A DNA stretch of 34,538 bases, from the NCBI GenBank assembly GCA_044356455.1, contig JBIKWF010000040.1, forward strand, positions 1-34,538, read 5' to 3'. Made by a program: the position numbers and the translations under genes. Below are positions 18,642 through 27,423 of this stretch, one piece after another. The stretch's first letter is position 1. Every line of letters begins with the position of its first letter. Below the pieces are notes generated by a model. It did not search any database. It was not told the origin of the DNA and saw only the letters and a list, made by a program, of their open reading frames with translations. The stretch comes from Bdellovibrionota bacterium (GTDB lineage Bacteria; Bdellovibrionota_C; UBA2361; JBGSMV01).

Positions 18642-19460
18642 ATGGATATGCAGGTTAGAGGTTTAGTAGAGCCGAGAACCACGGTCGAGGAAAAAGGTAG
18701 CGACGCAGCTTTGTGTGCTGCGGGCGCTCGCGAAAAGTTCGCTGCTCCGCCTCCCGCTCTAAGTATGATTCCAGAACGTGGCGCTAAGCCCTCAGAGACG
18801 AGCCGCGAGCATTCAGCGGGTCAGCCTCTTTCACCATCACAGATACTGACTCTCGATCTTCTGCCGCGACTTTGGAACGAGTTGAAAGAGACGGTATTAT
18901 TTTACCATGGGACTTCAGAGGCTTTTCTTGCAAGCATCAAGGAGCACGGTCTTTCGGGCGCGATAAAGCCGATAGAAGAGGCTAAGCTCGATCTCTTTTA
19001 TGAAGTATACCGCCGGGTCAACGGAGAGCCGCACCCTCTTGAGAAGAATAATCACCATTCGAATCCGACCGTTTTTGTCTCTGGAAAAAAGGCAGATGCG
19101 GAGTTTTATGCTTCAAGGCCAAGTGAGGTGCTTGGGATTGTCGCTGATCGAATTCCTGAACTCTTAGAGCGGGGAAAAGAGATGATATCTCCCGCTGAGC
19201 GCGGGCAACTCCTAGAGGTGCTTGAAATTTCTAAGAAGCTCGTACAAGAGCATACCCCTGTGCTGCTTGAGATTAAGGGTTTGGTGCTTGAAGAGCTTGC
19301 AAAATCTCAAGGGATTTCTGTGCTGGATTATCTCAGGAAACAACTCTCAAATCTCTCCGGCAAAGTAACAGTAGCCGATTTTCTCGACGCGGTATTCCGT
19401 GAAGAGAATGAAATTGAGCTGCCGCCGGTGCCTGCAGGCATGATCAAGAACCTTGGCTGA
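18642..19460 (+). CDS. Putative ADP-ribosyltransferase-fold (PARP/Tpt1-like) protein
   Basis: LFYHGTS....SIKEHGL, then VFVS.....AEFYA, PVLLEI and a late ENEIE; motif order fits H-type ART folds. Confidence 0.55.
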   Translation: MDMQVRGLVEPRTTVEEKGSDAALCAAGAREKFAAPPPALSMIPERGAKPSETSREHSAGQPLSPSQILTLDLLPRLWNELKETVLFYHGTSEAFLASIKEHGLSGAIKPIEEAKLDLFYEVYRRVNGEPHPLEKNNHHSNPTVFVSGKKADAEFYASRPSEVLGIVADRIPELLERGKEMISPAERGQLLEVLEISKKLVQEHTPVLLEIKGLVLEELAKSQGISVLDYLRKQLSNLSGKVTVADFLDAVFREENEIELPPVPAGMIKNLG

Positions 19461-19466
19461 TTCTGG

Positions 19467-20615
19467 TTACAGCTCTACTGAAAGGCTAAGGATCTGCTCC
19501 CAGCTTCCATACCCCGCGTCTGTGTACTCAGCCCCGTAGTCAAGCCTTAAGGTGTGCTGACCAAGTGCGAAGACATATCCAAGGCCAAGACCTGCTCCGA
19601 ATGCGAGAAGACGCCCTTCAATTTCTTCGAATTTTTCACGACTAAAGTCATAGGTAGTGTTGCGATAGCGAGCACCTGCCCTGAGGAGGAAGGATTGCGA
19701 TATCTGGTATTCTGTTCCCAGTCGAATATTTATATCTTCACCACTCTCATTCCCGTCAATTACTACCGGCTCAGAGAACTCAAGGGAATCAGCTTCAGAG
19801 CTCTGGTGTGTGTAGCCAACAGCAAAGACTGCAGTAACTGGATCCCACGTCTTTGAGACAGCAATTTCACCGGTATATTGGCGGAGGTGGGAAACTCCAT
19901 TCGACTTCAGCACGAAGTCCTCGGTATCAGTTTGTCCAATTCCTAAGCGGAAGCTTGCTCCAATCACGTAGCGCTGCGGCAAGAGAATCTGAGTTGCAAA
20001 GTCGTGATAAAATCTTCCGTGGCTATGAGCGTCGCTAAGGTCAGTACGAAGCTGGTCGTCCAAAAAGTGAAACGCATATCCAAAAGATACTTGCTCGTCG
20101 ATAGCATATCCCACGCCAAACGTTCGCCGATGTCCGTCGGGAGTAGTGCTGAGCGCGTCGTCAGTATTTCCCGCATAACGAGAATAGGCGCCAGCGATCG
20201 TGCCATATTTGGCTCGTGCACCTTTGGCGTCAGTGTCCCCGACACCAAGGGGAAGAGCTCCAACGAGATATCCATTCCATTCTTCGAGAGTTATTTGGTC
20301 TCCCGATAGAAATTCGTCACCGGTAACACTGCGCGTTCCGGCACTGGCGCTCAGGCTTGCAGTCGAAAGAAATCCAAGTGCTGCTGGGTTCATGTAAACG
20401 CAGGCAGCGGCGAGGCAAGTCAGGGAGGAAGCTCCGCCCATGGCGAGAGAGCGAGCGTCTTTGGGCAGCGTAAAATAGCGATCTGTTGCCTGTTGTATAT
20501 AGAAATCACTTTTCCTATCAGCGTGCGCACGCTCAGGAAGAGCAGCCAGACAAATGGTGCACAAAATCACGCCAAGGAGTGGGCTTGCCTGGTAGCAGGT
20601 CGCGGCAATGCGCAT
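19467..20615 (-). CDS. Outer-membrane beta-barrel protein (FadL/PorV-like)
   Basis: Signal peptide ending AHA; ARSLAMGGA...YMNPAALG plug motif; amphipathic beta strands. ATG 20615 preferred. Confidence 0.75.
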   Translation of the reverse strand: MRIAATCYQASPLLGVILCTICLAALPERAHADRKSDFYIQQATDRYFTLPKDARSLAMGGASSLTCLAAACVYMNPAALGFLSTASLSASAGTRSVTGDEFLSGDQITLEEWNGYLVGALPLGVGDTDAKGARAKYGTIAGAYSRYAGNTDDALSTTPDGHRRTFGVGYAIDEQVSFGYAFHFLDDQLRTDLSDAHSHGRFYHDFATQILLPQRYVIGASFRLGIGQTDTEDFVLKSNGVSHLRQYTGEIAVSKTWDPVTAVFAVGYTHQSSEADSLEFSEPVVIDGNESGEDINIRLGTEYQISQSFLLRAGARYRNTTYDFSREKFEEIEGRLLAFGAGLGLGYVFALGQHTLRLDYGAEYTDAGYGSWEQILSLSVEL

Positions 20616-20841
20616 AAGAGTCCAGCGCAGGACGTTGGGGGAGCTTTGACGAGGGAATGACTTCAAGAGCCACCAATTGTAAGCAAAAATCTCACGGACC
20701 CGAAGGGGTCCTAAAAGATAGCATGAAGGGGTGAGATGCACTAACTTTTCAGGTGGATTCAGATAGTTGGGCTACTTTGCTGGATCAATAGCGGCTCTTG
20801 AGCAGATAGGTGGGGGCATATCTCAGAGGCGTAGGTTTTAT

Positions 20842-21228
20842 ATGTCAGCATCATCATCAGCTCTGCGTAGTTCACAAGAATCTGTAGTTGAAAGTACCCC
20901 CTGGACCAAACTTGAGCGCACGTTTGTTGCCGAGCGGGTTCGGATGATTGCGCAATTACCTGTCACTACCATCCGCGGGCATGTTCGAGAGCTCGTTGAA
21001 ACGGCGCCAAGGCACCTCCTTGCACAGGAGATTGCAACTACAATTTATCTAACCGTGAATACTCCCGAGACTAACGGGCTTAATGCGCTGATGCATTTGT
21101 GGGAAGCGGTTGAGCTTCCGGTCCGAAAGGAAGTGCGTGAGGCCTTCGAGAAACAATTTGGTTCTTCCATCCGTTCGGTGCTGGGACACCGCTTACCAGA
21201 ACATCTTAAGTCAGTTTTTTCTTGGTAG
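20842..21228 (+). CDS. Small hypothetical protein, possible single annexin-like repeat
   Basis: 128 aa from ATG 20842; C-half RKEVREAFEKQFGSSIRSVL resembles annexin helices D/E. Confidence 0.55.
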   Translation: MSASSSALRSSQESVVESTPWTKLERTFVAERVRMIAQLPVTTIRGHVRELVETAPRHLLAQEIATTIYLTVNTPETNGLNALMHLWEAVELPVRKEVREAFEKQFGSSIRSVLGHRLPEHLKSVFSW

Positions 21229-22279
21229 TACTTTTGGTGCTTCGCTTGGCGGGTGCCTTTGCGGTGACAGGAACCTTCTTCTTAGTTCCCTTACTACTAG
21301 TGTGCATTGCTTGAGCTTTGCTCTTCTGTACGGGTTCTGGGCGCGGCTGTTTGAGCAGGATTGCTACTTTGAGAACCGCATCTCCGTACGCGTCGCTTCG
21401 GTTGTAGTTCCAAAGAACCTTTTTCTTTTCTTGAGCAGTAGCCTGATCCTTCCATCCAAAAGAATGCAGGAAGTGAGCAGCAGAAGCGATTCCGTCTTCG
21501 GGGTCAAATAACCAGACTTTGCCATCGTGGTTTCCGTCGACACCAAACTTCAGATACGAGGAAGGAAGAAATTGGGGGATGCCGAATGCGCCTGCTACGG
21601 AGCCTTTGAGATCAAAGATATCGATATTTTTTCTTTCGGCCACTTCGAATATCGCCTGTAGTTCAGGAAAGAACGTTTCTTCAAGATATCGTGCGCGTGC
21701 TTCGACTTGTTCTCGAGTAACGTTTTTGTCCTCTTTTTGAAGGAGCTCAAGATTGAAGGTGATATTCTTGGGCTCGCCCACGGAGCTTACGCGAGCAAGC
21801 CGGTTCACCGTAAGACTGTCGCCTACTATCCTTCCGCAGTGAGTTTCTATGAGAATAAGAGCCGCGAGGACGTGCTTACTCACATGGTAGGTCTTTTCTG
21901 CTAATTCAAATGAGGAAGCATGAGCGCTCAGGCATTCGCGCGCGATCCTGAGGCGCGACTCGGTGGTGAAGCCACTATACATTTGCTTCGTTTCTTTCGG
22001 CCTGAGTTTAAATGGAACAGGAGTTCTTGAGGGCATGCGCGGGTCGGCGAAAATCTTGGTGACTTCTTCTGCGGGAGTACCGGCGGCTAAGAGTTTCTCC
22101 GCAAGGTAATCCCAGCCACGATAGTCAGGAGGGACTGCCGCCGACTCCTGTTCTTGGGCGTCAGCGCTTTTTGAGCCTGAGATAATGAGCGAGCTCACGG
22201 AGAGAGCGCCAATCAGGAAGGACCCGAATAGGCAGAATCTAAAAGCGGAAGGAAAAAGAAAGAAACGACAAAACTTCAT
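21206..22279 (-). CDS. mltB: Lytic murein transglycosylase B family
   Basis: ALILIETHCG (catalytic Glu), GSVAGAFGIPQFLPSSY, VDGNHDG and YNRSDAY motifs; Lys-rich tail. Confidence 0.9.
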   Translation of the reverse strand: MKFCRFFLFPSAFRFCLFGSFLIGALSVSSLIISGSKSADAQEQESAAVPPDYRGWDYLAEKLLAAGTPAEEVTKIFADPRMPSRTPVPFKLRPKETKQMYSGFTTESRLRIARECLSAHASSFELAEKTYHVSKHVLAALILIETHCGRIVGDSLTVNRLARVSSVGEPKNITFNLELLQKEDKNVTREQVEARARYLEETFFPELQAIFEVAERKNIDIFDLKGSVAGAFGIPQFLPSSYLKFGVDGNHDGKVWLFDPEDGIASAAHFLHSFGWKDQATAQEKKKVLWNYNRSDAYGDAVLKVAILLKQPRPEPVQKSKAQAMHTSSKGTKKKVPVTAKAPAKRSTKSTTKKKLT

Positions 22280-23370
22280 CGAGAATGTCCTGAGGGGCGC
22301 AGTTGGTGAATGACGTCACTCATCAGGACGTCGGGACTAAGAGAACGATTCTTAAGCTTACTGTCCACGCTGACAAGCGTCTTAAATGCACGCGAAAGGT
22401 CATCGGAGGAGTATCGACGGGCGATGGGAAGCTGCTTATTGAAGACCCAGGGGGTGATTCCGAGAGTTTGCCGCACGTCCTGGGGATTTTGGCCTTCGTC
22501 CATGAGTGAGCGAATGGCAAGATAACTGGAAAACGAGCGGTTGAGCAGCGCCATCAGCATGAATGGGCTTTTCCCGGCAGCAAGCAACCCAGAGATCATC
22601 ACTTCGGCTCGGCCAATATTTCCCCCCACGAGGGCGTCAAGAAAATCGAATTCTCCTGGGACGGTCTTATGAATGAATACCGCGTGAACATCCTCTTTGG
22701 TCAGTGAGGGCGTTTCGCAGTAAAGCCAGAGTTGCTCTACCATCCCCGCAAGCGAGTCCACCTGTTCCTCGGCGGCGGCAATTAGAGTGGTAATTGCGTC
22801 TTCGGAGGCTTCTTTAAAACCTGCGCGCTTTAACTCTCGCTCAACCCAGCGATGAAGCTCAAATCCTTTGAGCGCTTCGAGGGCAATATGAGACTTCTCC
22901 TTCTTGCAGTGCTCCAGCACAGGGTTGGAGGCGGGAAGATCCGAGGCGGTAAACAGTGCAATATGCCCCGCAGAGTAGCGGCTAAGGAGCTTTGGAAGCT
23001 GCTTGGAAAGCCCGGCTGGGCACTCTTCGAGGTTTCGAATCCAAGAAAATTCTTGTTTCGCAAAAAGCGAGAGGGCGCTCGCGGCGTCTGCAAGCCGAGC
23101 GATTTGTTCTGCTGAAAACTGAGAGGCGTTGATGCGATGTACCTCTGCGCCTGGGCTTTTTGAGAATTTTTGGATGAGGTGTTCAACAAGGCGGCGTTTA
23201 CGAATTTCGTCGGGCGCGGTGATGAGAATTACAGAGGGGGGAGGAGTTCGCGCCAAAATCTGCCCAAGCTCAGCCGGAACGCCATGTGCGGATTTGGGTG
23301 AAGTCGGTTTTGAAGGAGCTGCAGCTGACATTGGAGAGGGATTGTAGCCGAGTATCGGGGAGGAGGTCAC
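22276..23370 (-). CDS. holA: DNA polymerase III delta subunit
   Basis: SLFA motif, EQLWLY, FDFLDAL and C-terminal VDSKLK; typical length. True start may be somewhat downstream. Confidence 0.88.
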   Translation of the reverse strand: MTSSPILGYNPSPMSAAAPSKPTSPKSAHGVPAELGQILARTPPPSVILITAPDEIRKRRLVEHLIQKFSKSPGAEVHRINASQFSAEQIARLADAASALSLFAKQEFSWIRNLEECPAGLSKQLPKLLSRYSAGHIALFTASDLPASNPVLEHCKKEKSHIALEALKGFELHRWVERELKRAGFKEASEDAITTLIAAAEEQVDSLAGMVEQLWLYCETPSLTKEDVHAVFIHKTVPGEFDFLDALVGGNIGRAEVMISGLLAAGKSPFMLMALLNRSFSSYLAIRSLMDEGQNPQDVRQTLGITPWVFNKQLPIARRYSSDDLSRAFKTLVSVDSKLKNRSLSPDVLMSDVIHQLRPSGHSR

Positions 23371-23450
23371 GCGGTTTAGAGCGTTGCAGCAGGGAATGCG
23401 GCGTCCCCTATTAAGCCGTCAAAGGCGGAAACCTTTCGAGAGGGACCATG

Positions 23451-23570
23451 GTAGGGCGCCGGGTCCCTCCGGTGCCGCAAGATCTAGCGGCCCGGCACGT
23501 TTGTGCCCCAAGGGAATCGACCGATGGCAGTTGCAAGATCTCGCGGCGCCCTAGGGACAGGGCGCCCTAC
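23451..23570. repeat. GTAG-footed REP doublet (REPIN-like)
   Basis: GTAGGGCGCCgggtccctccggtgccgcaagatct ... agatctcgcggcgccctagggacagGGCGCCCTAC: imperfect inverted arms of about 35-40 bp, each internally palindromic. Confidence 0.7.
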
Positions 23571-23574
23571 CATG

Positions 23575-23881
23575 CCCGGCCAGAGCGGCGAGCGGAAATA
23601 CCAGCCCAAGCGGCGAGCGGAAATACCAGAGCCGTACCCCTGAACAGAAGCAAACAAATAAGGGTGAGCAAGCGTTTAGCGCAGCGAGGGGCTCTAGCCC
23701 CTCCCGGCCTGAGCGGCGAGCGGAGATACCAGCCCAAGCGGCGAGCAGAGATACCAGAGCCTCAACCCTGAACAGAAGCAAACAAATAAGGGTGAGCAAG
23801 CGTTTAGCGCAGCGAGGGGCTCTAGCCCCTCCCGGCCTGAGCGGCGAGCGGAAATACCGGCCCAAGCGGCGAGCGGAAATA
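23575..23881. repeat. 128-bp tandem repeat, about 2.4 copies
   Basis: cccggcc recurs at 23575, 23703 and 23831. Each unit has two agcggcgagcggaaatacc-like subrepeats (25-bp spacing); the two full units also carry the hairpin gaggggc-tcta-gcccctc. Confidence 0.95.
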
Positions 23882-23883
23882 TA

Positions 23884-23956
23884 TGCCCAGGGCCGGAATC
23901 GAACCAGCGACACGTAGATTTTCAGTCTACTGCTCTACCGACTGAGCTACCTGGGC
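23884..23956 (-). tRNA. tRNA-Phe (GAA), CCA not encoded
   Basis: Reverse complement GCCCAGGTAGCTCAGTCGGTAGAGCAGTAGACTGAAAATCTACGTGTCGCTGGTTCGATTCCGGCCCTGGGCA; 73-nt cloverleaf with TTCGA T-loop. Confidence 0.98.
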
Positions 23957-24141
23957 GCCTTTCAAAAAGGCCTGCTTGGAGTACCATAGAAAGGAAAAGT
24001 AGTTCAAGCGCTTAGGGTTATTCTTCTTTCGGGGTCAGGGGGGCTAAGCTCCCTTTTTTACTGTGCAATTGCCGAGTGCTTTGGAAGGGAAGTGGAAAAG
24101 GCAATTGCCCTTCCTTCCTCGCCGGCTACTTTGGGCTGAAC

Positions 24142-25857
24142 CTAGGCCTCCCGCCTATCTCGCTTTCTTGCAATCACTATTCGAGCTGCAGAGTCATGTA
24201 GGCTTCCTTTGCCAAAGAGCAGGGGCACCCAGCCAAAAAATAAGAGCGAAAGCGGCATTACTGCTGAGCGCACCAGTGCCTGAGCCTTGCCTACCGACTT
24301 TCCTTTTAGGCTTAGGGCAGTCAGGCCCATGGCACTTAGGCCTGGGGTAGAGCTCCAGAGTGAAAGAAAAAGCGTCGGAAGAAATATGCTAAGGAGGATT
24401 CCACTGAGGGCTGCGTAGGTGATGACATTAATGATGTCGAAGATATTGGGAATTCTATCTCCCAGGAGCACCGCATCAAAGTCTGGCATCAGGTAGACAA
24501 GGAGAGCAGAAGTTCCAAGGACTGTGAGAAAGAGCACAACCAGTGTGTCGACCAGCATCGCAGCCAAGCGTCTCAAAACGCTTACGGGGGCCGGCTCCCA
24601 ATGCTCAGGGGTTTCTCGCTCAATAGATTTCCCGGAAAGCCCCAGTCCTTGGCGCCCCTTGAGGGTGACCATTGGTGCGTTCATTACCTGCACAACGTTT
24701 CTAAGTTGTGCAGTCATCTCTTCTGATTCGACCTTTCTCTGGGAACTTGTTTCGATTTCGTCCGTATAGCGCCTCTCGCTCTCAGGATCGATAAGCGCTT
24801 CTCGGGTCATTTCAAATAAGACCGCGACTCTCTCGGGCTGAACGTTAGAATAGAAATGCTCAGAGGAGAGTTCTATCGCATCTTCAGCGCGCGTATTAAT
24901 GAGATCTCCCAGAGTTTCGGCGAAAAGCGCGTCAAGCGTTGGCCCGAGAGTTTGCCCTGAGGGTTTTAGTTCAAAACTTAGGGGAGTGGGTGCCGGTGTA
25001 CTTGAGGACGCAGAAGGAGGGGGTGACTCAAGCACGCTGGAAGAACCCTTGAGGACCTCTTGGTTTTGGGAGGGCAGAGGCTCTTCTATCAGAGCCAGGG
25101 ACTCCGTGAGCCCTTCTCCTTCTACCGTTGTGGCCTGCTGGCCAAGAAGTGTTTCTGTGGGCGCTTGAACTTCAGCAGATTCTTGCACCGGTGTCTGCTC
25201 GTCAGCCGAAAATAAATCTCTTTCTGCGGCAGCTCCTTCTAAGGCGTCTGCGATAAGGCGAGACTCAAGAGCTGCTCGCGCTCCGTCATTAAAAGACGGG
25301 GGCTCAGGGATTTCTGCAGGGCCGGACGCGCTTTCGGATGGCACCTGCGCCGGTATAAGCGGCGGAATATCGATGTTGAATTGATACTCAAGTTTTTTGT
25401 TGTCGTCCATTATCTTGGGCTCAAGTAGCGGGGAGCGCGAGAGATCTTCGCTTTGCAGCGTTTCGATTTGGCGTTGAATCGCCGTACTTTCAGACTTGCT
25501 GGAAGGAAGGTTTGTTTCAGCTTGCGGCGCTTCTCTGGGAGTGGGGAGAGGCCGCTCAACTTTGAGGCTCAGAGACTCGAGTTCTTCTCCCGTTGTTTTC
25601 TGATTGCCGCCGCTGGTCTTTGCGCCGAATAAGCCTGCGACGGCCCCCCACAGGTTACTCTTTGTGGGGCTTGGATCGACAATTTCACGAAGCGCTGTTC
25701 GAGCTGCGCCTGTGCGCTCGAGGAGCTGCTCGTAGGAGGCTTTCGGGTTTGTTACAGGAATGCCGAGCTCAGTTTTAAATTCTCTGAGGTCAACGAAACA
25801 CTTAGGACAAATATCCCTTAGGTCCGAACATACAAAATTACAATCAGGGCACTTCAT
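24142..25857 (-). CDS. RDD-family membrane protein with N-terminal zinc ribbon and long acidic/Pro-rich linker
   Basis: MKCPDC...CPKC; RRLAAMLVD...TPG...LHD RDD motifs. ATG 25857 overlaps the end of rsmE. Confidence 0.82.
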   Translation of the reverse strand: MKCPDCNFVCSDLRDICPKCFVDLREFKTELGIPVTNPKASYEQLLERTGAARTALREIVDPSPTKSNLWGAVAGLFGAKTSGGNQKTTGEELESLSLKVERPLPTPREAPQAETNLPSSKSESTAIQRQIETLQSEDLSRSPLLEPKIMDDNKKLEYQFNIDIPPLIPAQVPSESASGPAEIPEPPSFNDGARAALESRLIADALEGAAAERDLFSADEQTPVQESAEVQAPTETLLGQQATTVEGEGLTESLALIEEPLPSQNQEVLKGSSSVLESPPPSASSSTPAPTPLSFELKPSGQTLGPTLDALFAETLGDLINTRAEDAIELSSEHFYSNVQPERVAVLFEMTREALIDPESERRYTDEIETSSQRKVESEEMTAQLRNVVQVMNAPMVTLKGRQGLGLSGKSIERETPEHWEPAPVSVLRRLAAMLVDTLVVLFLTVLGTSALLVYLMPDFDAVLLGDRIPNIFDIINVITYAALSGILLSIFLPTLFLSLWSSTPGLSAMGLTALSLKGKSVGKAQALVRSAVMPLSLLFFGWVPLLFGKGSLHDSAARIVIARKRDRREA

Positions 25858-26623
25858 CCCGCTTCCGCTCCGCCCAAAGTATAAGGGCAGTAGTAGCAAT
25901 TACCATAGCAGCGGTTTCTGCGCGGAGCACCAGGGTGCCGAGAGAGACAGGAATAAACCCTCGGTTTGAGAGCAGGAGCTCCTCTTCGGGGCTAAAGTCT
26001 CCCTCAGGTCCAACAACAAGAGTGGTGGGCCCGCGGGGTGCTTGAACTTTAGCAATCGGGATTGCGGTTTCTCGCAGGCAAGCGAAATAGCCCTGAGGCG
26101 AATTTTCTAGCGCGAGAGAAAGCGAAGCGGCAAAGCTAAGGACGGGGAGGCGGCTGCGGCGGCACTGCTTAGATGCGGCGTGGCTGATGCGCTCCCAGCG
26201 CTGCAGTTTCTGAGCTTCGTCTCCAGCCTTAATTTTTACTACGCTGCGGTCCGCTTGAAAGAGCGTGATGGCGTGGATGCCGAGCTCTGTGGCTTTTTCT
26301 ATAACCTCGTCTGTATGGTCGCCCTTCAAAAGAGGGGCAAGAAGCGAGTCTTGGATACAGTTTTCAGAGGGCGATGCAATTTCGCTTTCTATTTTAAGGG
26401 TTACCTTGCCGTCTGCCGAGTGGATAACGGAATGGAAGGCTCTTCCCGAGTTCGGATCAACCGCGGTCACAGGGGCCCCCAGCTTTAGCCTTAAGACTTG
26501 CATAAGGTGGTGACTTTCGCGCTCGTCGAGAGCCACTAAGGTCCCCGGATGCATAGCGGCGCCCCTAGGAGGAGAGCCTTCGTGAGGGGGTGTGGGCAAA
26601 AATACGCGGCGTTCTTGGGGCAT
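25844..26623 (-). CDS. rsmE: 16S rRNA m3U1498 methyltransferase
   Basis: HHLMQVLRL, EKATELG, ASKQCRR, VGPEGDFS and LRAETAA motifs. Confidence 0.96.
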   Translation of the reverse strand: MPQERRVFLPTPPHEGSPPRGAAMHPGTLVALDERESHHLMQVLRLKLGAPVTAVDPNSGRAFHSVIHSADGKVTLKIESEIASPSENCIQDSLLAPLLKGDHTDEVIEKATELGIHAITLFQADRSVVKIKAGDEAQKLQRWERISHAASKQCRRSRLPVLSFAASLSLALENSPQGYFACLRETAIPIAKVQAPRGPTTLVVGPEGDFSPEEELLLSNRGFIPVSLGTLVLRAETAAMVIATTALILWAERKRDEVP

Positions 26624-26659
26624 CTCTTGGTGCTCTTTAGTTCAATATTAAGAGCATAT

Positions 26660-26725
26660 AACGCGAAGGACGCGATGGACACGAAGGATATGTTTTTCCT
26701 TCGTGCCCACCGCGTCCTTCGCGTT
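26660..26725. repeat. 29-bp-arm inverted repeat
   Basis: aacgcgaaggacgcgatggacacgaagga / tccttcgtgcccaccgcgtccttcgcgtt, 2 mismatches, 8-nt loop. Confidence 0.9.
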
Positions 26726-26802
26726 GCATGAATGGGTCAAATTCAATTCATCCAGCAGCCCGACAAATCGCCTGGCAAGCAGAAGAATTCAAAATCAAAC
26801 AG

Positions 26803-27423
26803 TTACTTCTTTGCGGAAGCCTTTTCGAGCCCCATCTTCGACAGACGATTCCTGAGGAACTGGATCTTATCGATGCCAACGAATCTCTCCTTGTCGATGA
26901 GGAACGTTGGGGTATCGAATACGTCAAACTTGCGGCCGCGCTTATAGATGCCCTTCACACGCTCGCGCGTATCTGAGGAGGAAACCTTGCTCAAGAACTC
27001 ACCAAGGTCGATATCGAGATCTTCGCAGAGTTGTGTGGTGAAGGCTTCGTCGTTTGGATTCTCGCCGGCTCCCCACCACTTGCTGAATACCTTTATGTTG
27101 TACTCCATGAGTACGCCCATGTCTCCGGCGACTACGGCGCCACGAGTTGCGCGACCTGGATCAAACTCCGTTTCTGGCCAGCCTTCCGGGAAGTGAAGAG
27201 GAAGCTGGAAGGCCTCGGCGTAGCGCTTTGTGTCTTCGAGCAGGTAGGACATCTTCTCTGGGATGATTGAGGTCGGTGTAATGGGCTGGCCTGCGGCCTT
27301 TGCCGAGTAACATTGCCAGAGCAAGTCGACGTCATAGTCGCGCTCGATGTTGTAAATTTGGTCGAGAGCCAAGTACGAATAAGGGCTCTGGAAAGAATAA
27401 TAAACTTCAATAGTTAGTGCCAT
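26803..27423 (-). CDS. DsbA-like / HCCA isomerase (GST-kappa) family protein
   Basis: YYSFQSPYSYLA N-terminal motif; VFDTPTF...FVGIDKI. Confidence 0.88.
   Translation of the reverse strand: MALTIEVYYSFQSPYSYLALDQIYNIERDYDVDLLWQCYSAKAAGQPITPTSIIPEKMSYLLEDTKRYAEAFQLPLHFPEGWPETEFDPGRATRGAVVAGDMGVLMEYNIKVFSKWWGAGENPNDEAFTTQLCEDLDIDLGEFLSKVSSSDTRERVKGIYKRGRKFDVFDTPTFLIDKERFVGIDKIQFLRNRLSKMGLEKASAKK

Noticed and set aside
23575..23881. CRISPR array
   Set aside because: The sequences between the short motifs are themselves repeated rather than unique spacers, and no cas genes are present.
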